DNA of 64,000 nucleotides from Macrostomum lignano (Eukaryota): positions 1 to 64,000 of the forward strand of contig NIVC01002106.1 of NCBI GenBank assembly GCA_002269645.1, read 5' to 3'. The notes below the pieces were generated by a model. The model searched no databases and was not told the DNA's origin. It saw only the letters and a program-made list of their open reading frames with translations. Positions within the stretch are counted from its first letter, which is position 1; the number at the start of each line of letters is the position of its first letter. Below, piece by piece: positions 12,618 through 24,249 of the stretch. Both the position numbers and the translations under genes were made by a program.

Positions 12618-14090
12618 CACTCCACACGATGACAACCAAGCAATCCTGACTGAGTGTATCAATATGGGAACAACTAAAGAGGAACTGCGGGATTCCATGA
12701 TGACGCATTCTCATGCGCTCTCCCTCTTTTAATGTATCAAGCCCGCCCAGCATCCCGCACTCTGTGTTCTGTTCAAATTACATGCATACAACAACATCCA
12801 GGCTATAATAAAATTAAGCAAAAATATTCCCTTACTGTCGGCTCGGCAGTATCCTAGCCCATGGACGCCTGAAGGTTGAAATCTAGACAGGAACCACCTG
12901 GGCTCGGTCTAAGCCAGGCTTTGACTGTGTTTAACTGCCGAAAATTGTTGACAGTTCAGAATAAATTCACGTTTTATTACTTAAATTTTTAATAAACCTG
13001 TTCCAGAATTCCAGGTGAGAGATCAGGAATTTGGTGCTAGAAAGCTAAAAAGTTTCGGAAAAAAATTCAGAGTTTGTGTGCAAATGCCTGAGAGTTTCCT
13101 GAAAAAAAACAGTGAGCCTTCCAATCCAGATACCGTCTCCCTCTCTAGAAGTCCCTGGCCCGCCTAGCGACGCGACCCATAGGAATTAGAAATTAGAACT
13201 GAGGGAATATTGGTTTAGAATCGGATTCAGCGTGAGAAACGGATGTAGGAAACGGCTGCATGGCTAACTTTGGCCGGGGGAGGGGGTTCCAGCGTAACCG
13301 CGCGGAGGTCAGAAGGTGCGCAGGAAGTGGAGCACGCAAGCCGCACACATACGCTGCTTCACCTCAAAAAGTTTACAATGTTTTTTCACCACAAAAGTCG
13401 CCCTTTGTATATAGCTAATAATAGCAGCTGAGGCTGTGACAACTGCATGCTGGGCTCAAACAAAGGACGAGGAGCCAGGTCGCGAGTGTTACGCAATCGA
13501 TCCGATTGTAAAAAAAGGGCCCCGCACTGCCTCATCAAATATTATCCAGCAGACAGACAGATTCTCACTTTTTATTTTATGTCATCGGCAAGTCAACAAT
13601 CCATGCCTGCTTATTATACTCAACTGTCTCGCAGACTTTATTATTTGGGAAACCCGGGGAGTTCGGGCTCACCCAGTTCTCGCCCGGCAAAAGACGCAAA
13701 GGCACAAAGACTGTAAAAAACTTGACAGAAAAAAAGCAATTTTTTCTACCTATGCTTGCTTCTATAAAGATGCAAGACTTCTTTCTGTGAATCTATCTAC
13801 ATAAAAAGCTCAAATCCCCACACTGTGGGAAGTGCATGACGTCATATGAGGTCTTTGTCTGGAACGGGCTTGCTTGATTTTTCTCCGGGAGAAGCTTATT
13901 TGGCAGAAAAAATCACTTGAATTTATTATTTAACTTTTTTCACTTAATCAGAAATATGACTGCAGGCAAGTCTCATTAAGTTTCCTTGGTCGCAAAAATA
14001 TTTTCAAATCTTATTAGTGATTTTTTGTCTCCAAGAGAGTAGGGGTAAACACTGTCAAGAGACTTCTCCCCCGTTTTTTAGGTCTCACAG

Positions 14091-14100
14091 ATTACGTAAT
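14091..14100. promoter_or_regulatory. Candidate PAR/E4BP4 binding site ATTACGTAAT
   Basis: Perfect palindromic match to RTTAYGTAAY about 1.9 kb 5' of the bZIP coding exon; function untested. Confidence 0.4.
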
Positions 14101-14608
14101 GCCTTTCTGGGCCTGTCCTCTCTCTCTCCTAGCCGGCTGAGGTCATCCCGTGTCAAGACAGGCTCTATTTTTCTCCCTTAGCTGCGCCTCCCTTGCCTCA
14201 TCTGACCGGCTGCATGGAGAGCTCTACTAATCCCTGGAGACGACCTGCATGGCAGCATTTCTCTACCCTTGCCGGATTGCGTAACTCTCATTCGCAATAG
14301 GAGGTCGGCCACTCGAGGTCATCTAGGCACTTCTTTTTCCTGGAATCTTTCTTTTTTGCGACTCCCTCGTTCTCCGTTTTAATTGCGTCTAATCTATTGT
14401 AGCATAGTGGACGGGAGCCGATCCATGTTATCGATAGCTAAAGATTTCCCCTGCCGCTCTGCAGTGGCGGCGCAACCTACGCTCGTGTGGTCAAACTGCA
14501 TTGAAAACTGCCACATGAGGCTGTTGTGTACGTGTGATTCTACAGTTAATCCGGCTTATCGCTGTGGCCTCTCCTCTTCTAACTGCCGTGATCTGCTTAC
14601 CCCAGGAT

Positions 14609-15437
14609 TGCTAATATAGCCTGCATCAATGATGAAGGAATAGAATGGATTGCTAACCTAGCCTACATCAATGATAAAAAATGGAATGGATTGCTAATCT
14701 AGCCTACATCAGTGAAGGAATAGAAGGGATTGCTAATCTAGCCTGCATCAATGATGAAGGAATAGAATGGATTGCTAACCTAGCCTACATCAATGATAAA
14801 AAATGGAATGGATTGCTAATCTAGCCTACATCAGTGAAGGAATAGAAGGGATTGCTAATCTAGCCTGCATCAATGATGAAGGAATAGAATGGATTGCTAA
14901 TCTAGCCTACATCAATGATAAAAAATAGAATGGATTGCTAATCTAGCCTGCATCAATGATGAAGGAAAAGAATGGATTGCTAATCTAGCCTACATCAATG
15001 ATAAAAAATGGAATGGATTGCTAATCTAGCCTGCATCAATGATGAAGGAATAGAATGGATTGCTAACCTAGCCTACATCAATGATGACGGAATAGAATGG
15101 ATTGCTAATCTAGCCTACATCAATGAAGGAATATAATGGATTGCTAATCTAGCCTACATCAATGAAGGAATAGAATGGATTGCTAATCTAGCCTACATCA
15201 ATAATGAAGGAATAGAATGGATTGCTAATCTAGCCTACATCAATGAAGGAATAGAATGGATTGCTAATCTAGCCTACATCAATAATGAAGGAATATAATG
15301 GATTGCTAATCTAGCCTACATCAATGAAGGAATAGAATGGATTGCTAATCTAGCCTACATCAATAATGAAGGAATAGAATGGATTGCTAATCTAGCCTAC
15401 ATCAATAATGAAGGAATAGAATGGATTGCTAGTCTAG
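14609..15437 (+). repeat. 39/42-bp dispersed satellite array (GAAGGAATAGAATGGATTGCTAATCTAGCCTACATCAAT)
   Basis: Tandem copies of the family also seen at 21.6, 26.4, 29-30, 43-45 and 55 kb. Confidence 0.95.
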
Positions 15438-16040
15438 CTGACATCATCCGAGTACGTACCGGTGTTCGTGTTGCAGAGTCCCAGATGCAGCAGTGCTTTA
15501 ATCAGCAGAGGCAGGCATATTTTTTGCCTTCGCTTAAGGAATCTGCGATGAGGAAGGCGGCAGTGCCGGTGCAGTCGGGATGACAGGTAGAGGTGGGCAT
15601 AATAAACAAGTGACCTCTTTTCCTCTGTTCCACACCCCGCGGTGCCCAGCCAATCAGCTTTGAGCCGTGACCGACGCCAATTGCAAAGCATTGCGTAATC
15701 ACTTTGGCCCCAAAAAACTCTCAATGCTTTTTCTCGTGACCTCAATCAATCCAGACCCCTAGAGAGTAAAATCTGTGCCGGCCTACAGAAATACAGAAAT
15801 TGCAGCGTTGAAGGTTGCGCAATCATTATTGGGGCATATCTATCCATGCCTTGTCGAGGGATTCTCCAGGGGAGTAAAACTGTCGCTGCCAAACTGACTT
15901 GGATGCCGGATAACTGCCAGCGGTTCCTTCTACAGCCACTTGGCTCTTGACCTGCCTGTCAGTAGGTAATTGCTGCTGAACAATGGACTACAGCTGCCTC
16001 TTTGTCCGATTGGGTAGGCAGGAACCCCAGGCATTGGCAC

Positions 16041-16332
<292 letters not shown>

Positions 16333-16569
16333 TTGTTTTTTGTCTCTGTATCTAAGTTTACGTGACACAAATATATTTTTTCGTTGAATTTAGTTTTTTG
16401 TCAGTTGATATGTATATTTGACAGATTCCAATCAATGCGAAAATACGATAAATGGGGTTCGCAAGTTTAAAACATGCTTGCAGTCAATTGCAGATGCTTT
16501 CTTTAAAACTCCTAGAAGTTTCCAAGAAATGCACATTTTGGTCTCCTGGCCCGGAGAAGACAGGAGAGT

Positions 16570-18394
16570 TCAGCGCAGCGACAGAGTGGACTGCTGACCC
16601 CCGCAGTAAGCCAGGCCTCGGCGGCGCTCTTCCCATTCACCCGGGTCGCTGGGCCACCGGCGGCTCAGCCGGCGCTGCCCCGCATAACAACAGCCGTCCT
16701 CCGCCAGCAGGCGCTCAACGGCAGCCCGCAGCCTCGTCGCTGTCGGGCAAGCCAAGCCCAGGAGTCCTTGAACTGGCCTGCCGGTGTCCTTGTCCAAGCC
16801 GGCGAACTGCAGCACGAGGCAGCCGGCGTTCACAACGCCGAACCCGACGATGCACCTCGGCGGGCAGACCAGCCGGCTGGTTGAATTGACGTCGATGAGC
16901 TCCAGGCCGGCCCGGGTGCTCAGGCGGAGGCCGTGCAGGTGACCCGGCGGCAGGCCGAGCATTCGAGCGGTGAAATTGCAGACCGGCCGAACTGTCCACA
17001 CTGTACATGCTGGCTGCTCGTCTGGCGCGGCAGCTGAGCAGATGTCGGGGGAGATGAGCACCTGAAAGCGGTGGTGATGAGCTGGTTGAGTTAACAGTAG
17101 CTACTCTTATTAAAAAGGAATAATAATAAATAAATAAATGGTAACAGTTTATTAGAATAATTTTACATTGGAGAATAAATATTTAAAAAATTAACTATGA
17201 TTGCTCATACATAGTAATAGTACTAATAGTTATATGGTAAAAATAGTAACAGTAATCATAACAAAAAATAATTTATATAATACGTTAGCGCAGTGTTTTA
17301 AAAAATGAGCAAGTATTCGCAACTTTAAATACAAATATATGCAATTTAATAAAATCTTCAATAAAAAACGAAGGTAAAACAACAGCATGATTCATGCACA
17401 AAAAAATTAAAGCTGTTATCAAATATAACGTTAAAAGAGAAACAAATTAATATTTTCTTTTTGTTTCTTAATTTGCCTAAAACAATTATTTTGTTTATCA
17501 AAATTTGTATTCAAATCTCAGTTCTTTGCGTTTTTTATAAATTAAGGTATTTTATATTTTGTATATTATATTCTAATTTAAAAAGGGGAGCTCTTTTTGA
17601 GGCTTTCACATTACCAATTCCAGAACCAGAAAAAAAGCAGTATAATTGTTTAACCTTGTTGAGTGTTTGACTGCCGTAACAGCCTCAATTTGCACAGTGT
17701 TTCACTTTCTTCTTGGCTATTGCCATTCAATAACTACAACTTTAGAGCACCTATATCCCTCTAGTTTGGGAGTCAGAAAGTTGTACTTCACAAATTGAAT
17801 CTGGTTCTAGAACTAGAACTAAAACAAGCAATTTGAATGCAGCAAAAAATGCAGCAAAAAATCAGAAGAAAATATGCACACCTTAGCAACAGCACCGCAG
17901 GCGGCCACGTCGATCAGGCAGGACAGTTTGTCGATCTGCCCGGCACCGCTGCTGTACAAGCTTAGCCAGCGCCGGCCAATCAGCGGCGCCGGCCGGCCGC
18001 AGCGTAGTCTGAGGGCGAAGACGCCGGCGCCAATTTCGACAAGCCGCATCCTCGGTCGCCGCGGCAGCGACAGCTGCACTTCCGAAGCATCCTCGTCAAG
18101 CTGCCAGCCGTCGCCACATCGGCGGCATTTTTTTCGACGCGCCTGGCAAAAAAGTCGACATCCTCCAGCCGACTGTCGTTCGAAGGTCGCCGATATGTCG
18201 CCGCCGAGTCGACGGAATCGACGCGCTTCGCGCAGTCCCGGCAGCGGCGGCGGCGGAGTCAGTCGAAGTTTCGGCGTCGCCCTGCGGCCGCTGAGCACGA
18301 CGCTGGCTCGGAGCAGCTGGCAACTGGCGAGGTCGGCACTGCAGGAGGGCCTCCCGACTCGTCCCCGCCTTGCGTAGACCAGCGCGGCGTCCAT
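16570..18394 (-). CDS. Unknown two-exon protein, about 334 aa, possibly PH/PTB-fold (DOK/IRS-like) adaptor
   Basis: GC-rich exons 18394-17882 (donor AAG|GTGTGC) and 17061-16570 (acceptor TTTCAG|GTG, stop TGA) join in phase 0. The fold is guessed from beta-strand patterns only (CPPRCIVGFG resembles the IRS-PTB WP..IRRYG motif). Confidence 0.55.
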
Positions 18395-19179
18395 CAAGAT
18401 AAAATTACTCACGCCAGTTGTACTGCTTTTTCTTTCTTTCTGTGTCTTTTAGAAGAAGAAATTTCCTTGGGCAAGCTCGGAGCTGAAACTACACGAGTGC
18501 AAACAAGAGCGCTTCTGCAATCAGGGTTTCGCTCACCTGAGCTTGAGCCTGGCTCTCAGTGCCTGAGACTGCAAATTTCTTTCTTTTAAAATGTCCATCT
18601 TCTTCTTTTTTGGGGCAGAAATTTTTCTGCTATTCTGCTATTCTGTGAGCGAGAGAGATAAAGCAATTAAGTTTCGAGCTTCACACACTGGCTAGGCAGT
18701 TAAGAAATTGCTAGCAACTCTCAATTCTATGAACACAAAACTTTTAAATTTTAATAATCAAATTTTTCCTAATCCGCTGGGATTGAAATCCAGTTTTCCA
18801 AAGTCAATTCTGATCTGGTTCGTCAACATTTTGTTTTTCATAGAAAGGTGCTGTATATCAATATGCTACTAGCTACTTAACTGGAGTAGTATAGTTGGCA
18901 TTTTTATATTATGCAATGGAACAATTTTAGCTATTCATTTGGAGTTGCAGTCGGAGTCTCAATTAGCTATTAATCATTTAACTATAATTAGAAATGTTAT
19001 AGTGAATCTAAAACGTAAACGAACTACTTTCAGTTGCGTCAATTAGTCGACGAACTATGAACGACCCTTGAACATTACTTAAAGCAGTATATTTTCGACC
19101 AGAAAAGTGCGTTTAAATTCGTAACTGGGGAGTTATGAGTTTATGGCATTTATGTAAATAATAACTATAATAATAATTG

Positions 19180-19392
19180 ATTGCACCTGCCCCAATTGGG
19201 CCAGATGTGCAACCGACAGCTCAGCCGCTGCGTACGGCTGTTCAGTCCACAGACTGAGGGATCAGTGTTGGGAACTGAAGCAAGAGTTAAGTTTCCTGCT
19301 CAAAGGACACAAATTGTTCCAAGTGGGTGGAGAATCGAACCCCCGACCTTTCAGTCGTGAGTCCAAAGCTCATAACCACTAGGCTTACAACC
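19180..19392 (-). mobile_element. tRNA-derived SINE, family A
   Basis: Minus strand: A box GCCTAGTGGTTA, B box GGTTCGATTC, then a core GTGTCCTTTGAGCAGGAAACTTAACTC and an AT-rich tail; head and core are shared with 59391-59560. Confidence 0.75.
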
Positions 19393-19618
19393 TCAAGTAC
19401 GAAATTTTGAATGTACGAGCGTAGCTAACAGAAAGGTGTGCAGCTGATGTAACAAAATATTGGACGCCACAGTGTCTGGTGTCAGCGAATGCCGCGATGC
19501 TTAGCGCCGGCTTGTTCCATCTCTCCTTCACGATCGGTTGATATTTGGCTTTGACGTTGAATTCGTCGCCAAATGATCGACAAAACCAGGCGAAGGAGTG
19601 ACCTAAACAAGCGAAAGT

Positions 19619-20161
19619 TCAACGCTTGGCATTGCGTTTACGATGCCTTAGAAAGTTATGCCAGAGCTTGCGGCATTCTACTGGCATCTTGCAGAGGTCC
19701 GAGAGGGCCGTGATGCCCAGAGTGCGGCGGTCCACTTCCGTAGCCGGGCAGTCGAGAAGGACGTGCTGGAGGTTCTCTGGTTCGTCACCGCACCTCCGGC
19801 ATGTCGGATCCGCTGTCCAGCCAATACGATGGGTATTCACTCGCAGCCTTGCGTGTTTTCCTGAGCGGAATTGTGCGTAGTCCGCCCGCTCGGCTCTCGT
19901 CCAGGTGGCCGTCCGCTGTCGGTTGGATCTGCTGCGCACCGCGGCGTTGCCCAGTGTTGTAATTGACGCGGTGGCGAGTAGTCGCTGATGCGAACGCGAC
20001 GTTACTTGATTTACAGTCGCATCAGACATCTGCTCGCGAGCTGGTAATTGCCGGTCTTGATTGTTAAGACTCGACCCAGCGGTAGTCTGATTTAAAAAAT
20101 CAATGATTTTTGACTGTCGACCGCGAGACCTGCTCGACTTTGGCGTAGGCGCTCCAGCCAT
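19619..20161 (-). mobile_element. 180-aa ORF carrying a non-LTR retrotransposon ORF2 C-terminal CCHC-type knuckle (LINE remnant or derived gene)
   Basis: RADYAQFRSGKH...DPTCRRCGDEPENLQHVLLDCPA matches the C-terminal pattern of LINE ORF2 proteins; no RT or endonuclease is visible. Confidence 0.65.
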
Positions 20162-21188
20162 GCTAAAGCCTGACGATTGTGATAAAGCTAAATTGATAAA
20201 TTAGTATTGAATATTAATGACAATCATTTTACTTATTAACAGACAAGCCGCAGAGTAGGTTGGGCATAGACGATTGAAATAAAAACTGTACACATCAGCT
20301 TCTTAGCTTGCGAGCGCCTAAGGTGCGAGCTAACACTCAGGAGCTAGTGGAAAGCCAGAGTCACGTGACCATAGACTTAGCGGTACTTTTCAAGTCAATC
20401 ACCGAGGCATACGGAATGGGGTTTTAACGTAGGGAGATTCTTTATGGGGATTTATTTTATATATCAACCTAAAACTTGAATAGAGGCATAGAGACCTATT
20501 CAAAATGACGTAATATTTATTCTGACTTCATTAATTTTTTCAGTTACTAGTTCTTATGAGTATGAAAAACAATTATAAATAGCAAATAGCAGAAGGAATT
20601 AATTTTTGTAGTTTTTTTATTCTATATCATATTGAAGATCCACATTCACTTAGACTCGCAGGAAAATCCAAATTCTTTTATCAACCTAAACTCAAACGTC
20701 CGATAACGGATGCTCAAAGTTGATCAACACCAACAGAATAATGATATGGAAATATGAAATATGAAAAGAATGAAATATTTCATAAAATACAGAATATGAA
20801 AAGCTGCAGAAAGTGGCAGATCTCCATAAAGGTACTATTGTGTCTCTTTATTCATCTACACGGGGTCTTGAGAAAAAGTGTGTAACAAACCGTGTGGGGA
20901 TATTATTAGCTGTCGGAGTTTCCACATGCTCTGCGTGAATCTTGAGCGTCACTATAGCGAACAAACTTTTATTGTCTTTCAATGCATAGTTAATAAATTG
21001 AAAACAGCCCTAGTTCAGTTGAAGTTGGAAGCAGGCGTGCTTTTTCTGCTTGCAGAAGTAACAATTGGACAATTTGCATTGCTAGATTTTCATTGGCTCA
21101 CCTCCATCATATTAAAGACCTTAGAAATGTTGCAAAGTTCTGAATTCTGAAATCTCACACATGTACGACACTGAGCATTTCGGAAGAG

Positions 21189-24100
21189 ATGGAGCAGCTC
21201 AATCTGCTGGAGGCAGCAACAGAAACTGTGCAAACTTTTGATCGAATCACCTGGGACACCTTGACAACGGCCCAGCAACCACAGCAACCGCCACCAGTTC
21301 CTGCATGCAGCTATGCGCAAGACCTTGTTGCCCCAGCTTGCCAGCTTCATCTAGGACGGACCCAGCTTCCAGCAGTGGGACCGATGGAGCAGCTCAACCT
21401 GCAGCTGGAACATTTTGTCGCTGTCCAAAATCAGGAGCTGGCCAAGCCGCCGTATTCCTACATTGCTCTGATCAGCATGGCTATCACTGCTCAGCCTGAG
21501 CACAGGGCCACCCTCAGCGGTATCTATCAGTTCATCAAGGACCGGTGCGTATCTTGCCTGCATGATATGAAGGAATAGAATGGATTGCTAATCTAGCCTG
21601 CATCAATGATGAAGGAATAGAATGGATTGCTAATCTAGCCTACATCAGTGAAGGAATAGAATGGATTGCTAATCTAGCCTGCATCAATGATGAAGGAATA
21701 GAATGGATTGCTAATCTAGCCTACATCAGTGATGGAATAGAATGGATTTCTAATCTAGCCTACATCAATCAAGGATAAAATGGATTGCTAATCTAGTTCT
21801 AATACAGTTAATGTGTCTTTGCTCTGAAAGCAACTCCCTCTTTATTGAATGCTTCGATCTCACTTCGCTTTCTGAGTAATTTGGGGGTGCAGAAGGTCGC
21901 AGCTTTAAAATAGAAATAGCTGTCTATTCGAGGCACCCAGAAAGAACAGCTGCAAATGCGCAAGCCTACTCAAAGCCAGCCTACTTTGCGCGAATTAGTG
22001 GCCTTACAGCAGCACATTATACTGCTGGGTCTGCAACTCAGTTAGAAAACGCAAAACTCGAATAATGAAAAAAATACCCCCATCATCTTCACTTTGAGGC
22101 GTCATTTCTGACAGGTGCGTCAGTTGATGAATGTCACACAAGCCGGAGTACAATAGCCTGAGAGCAGGGTGGGTTCGGGTTTATCGTGATAAAGTGGAAA
22201 CCACAGCAGACCGCCTTTTTTAAGAGACGATACCAAACTGCTTTGCTAAAGTTGGCAAATATTGCCGCGGTTGCTTCCATACCTCTCTTGGCAATTAAGA
22301 GGCCGCCTGCTAGAAGCTGAGACGCTCCTTTGACGATATACCGCTTCATAGACGTTTCTAATGAATCAAAGTGCTTAATTAGTTAAATTAGGCAAAACGT
22401 TGGTTCAACGAACACTATCAGGGTCTATTCTCTGATAGTGTTCAAGTATAGTGCTTGGGTTCCAGAAGTAGAAAAATGAATCTAAAATACATTAGATATG
22501 GAATTAGATCAGAGATAATATTGTACTCAGGATCAGAGATAAGATAGTACTCAGGATCAGAGATAAGATAGTACTCAGGATCAGAGATAAGATAGTACTC
22601 AGGATCAGAGATAAGATAGTACTCAGGATCAGAGATAAGAATGTACTCAGGATCAGAGATAAGAATGTACTCAGGATCAGAGATAAGAATGTACTCAGGA
22701 TCAGAGATAAGAATGTACAATGGATCAGAGATAAGATAGTACTCAGGATCAGAGATAAGAATGTACTCAGGATCAGAGATAAGATAGTACTCAGGATCAG
22801 AGATAAGAATGTACAATGGATCAGAGATAAGAATGTACAATGGATCAGAGATAAGAATGTACTCAGGATCAGAGATAAGAATGTACTCAGGATCAGAGAT
22901 AAGATAGTACTCAGGATCAGAGATAAGAATGTACTCAGGATCAGAGATAAGAATGTACTCAGGATCAGAGATAAGATAGTACTCAGGATCAGAGATAAGA
23001 ATGTACTCAGGATCAGAGATAAGATAGTACTCAGGATCAGAGATAAGAATGTACTCAGGATCAGAGATAAGAATGTACAATGGATCAGAGATATTAATGA
23101 TATGAAAATGACACAGATCCACTGCACTTGACCGACTCTGGCCCGCAGCTTCCCTTACTATCGGGACAACAAGCAGGGCTGGCAGAACTCCATCAGGCAC
23201 AATCTGTCATTGAACGAGTGCTTCGTGAAGGTGCCTCGAAGCGATTCGGCTAAGGCGGGCAAAGGCAGCTACTGGACGCTGCACCCGGAGGCCTACAGCA
23301 TGTTCGACAATGGCAGCTACCTGCGCAGGCGGAAGCGGTTCAGACGGCAGCGTCAGGACAAGACGGTCACAGAGGAGGGAGCGAGGAAGTCGAACGACAA
23401 GGCGGTTTGTTTTTTTGATATTGCCACTGCTGGTTATGAAAGTCAACAATAATAAGAATAAGATTCACAGGAAGGCACCCTGGCGACATGGTCCCACAGC
23501 CAGCGCTGAGGCAATTCTGCCCGTTCCGCTGACTCCTGAGCTGACGCAGGCACAGCACTCATACTCACATGCTCACACAGGGTGTACACTTTCAATCGTC
23601 AGGCATGTACACTCTCTGTGCCTTGGGGGTTGGAGCACATTGGTGTGAATCGCATGACAAGGCCCCTGCAAATTCTTATGGACGCACAAGCCCCTAATTG
23701 ATGTGACCGAGTACGGAATTGAACCAGAGGGGTCGTGGCGCGCGAGTCTGGCGCTTTACCGCTCTGCCACTGTCATCACCGTCAGATTCAATTTAGATGT
23801 CATTCGGTCTGGGCTATAGATATCCAATTGATAGTTCTTCTTCAGGAATAAATATGCTTGAAATTTTTTAGGGAGCATCGTCTGCCTCGTCGGACGCGAT
23901 GGAACCGGCCGCTGCAACCACACCGATGCCGACGAGCGCTGCAGGCACAGGCGCATGCGGTTACAACACAGACTGCTTTGACGATCAAAAGCTAAAGCGC
24001 GATCAGTATGGGTTTCACTCAAGCACGCAGCAGCATCCAAACTACTATAATGAATCGAAACTGCTTGAACAGGAGTTTCCCTCACAGGGCGAGCATCAAA

Positions 24101-24249
24101 TGTACTTTTATCCTCAACTGCAACCGCAGCAGAATCTGACGCAGCAGCAGCAATTTCCGTCCTTCGATACAGGACATTACTACAATTATTACTATGACAC
24201 AGCGGGTGGTTGCACCTATTCCCCGGCAATGCAAAATACAAGCTTCTGA
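21189..24249 (+). CDS. Forkhead transcription factor, FoxC/FoxL1 class, 329 aa
   Basis: Exons 21189-21544, 23149-23404 and 23872-24249 (990 nt, GT-AG, phases match). Domain: [34 protein letters not shown]|[30 protein letters not shown]...[10 protein letters not shown]...[14 protein letters not shown]. Confidence 0.92.
21574..21796 (+). repeat. 39/42-bp satellite array in Fox intron 1
   Basis: Same unit as 14609-15437. Confidence 0.95.
22505..23095. repeat. 24-bp minisatellite (ACTCAGGATCAGAGATAAGAATGT) in Fox intron 1
   Basis: Direct periodicity; source of the ISDPEYIL ORFs. Confidence 0.95.
23510..23775 (-). mobile_element. tRNA-derived SINE, family B, in Fox intron 2
   Basis: Minus strand A box TGGCAGAGCGG and B box GGTTCAATTCC. 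The body motif GGCATGTACAC..TGTGCCTTGG.GGTTGG recurs at about 48440-48470 and inverted at about 36375-36430. Confidence 0.65.

Noticed and set aside
13436-13804. 122-aa plus-strand ORF and similar short ORFs in AT-rich regions
   Set aside because: Non-ATG start, no motifs and no matching splice partners.
19320-19392. tRNA gene (also 23700-23775 and 59391-59430)
   Set aside because: A and B boxes are present but I could not fold a full cloverleaf, and the heads continue into repeat bodies, so these are SINEs.
20360-20369. GTCACGTGAC palindrome (E-box/CLEAR-like) upstream of the Fox gene
   Set aside because: A single short motif with no supporting cluster or conservation data.
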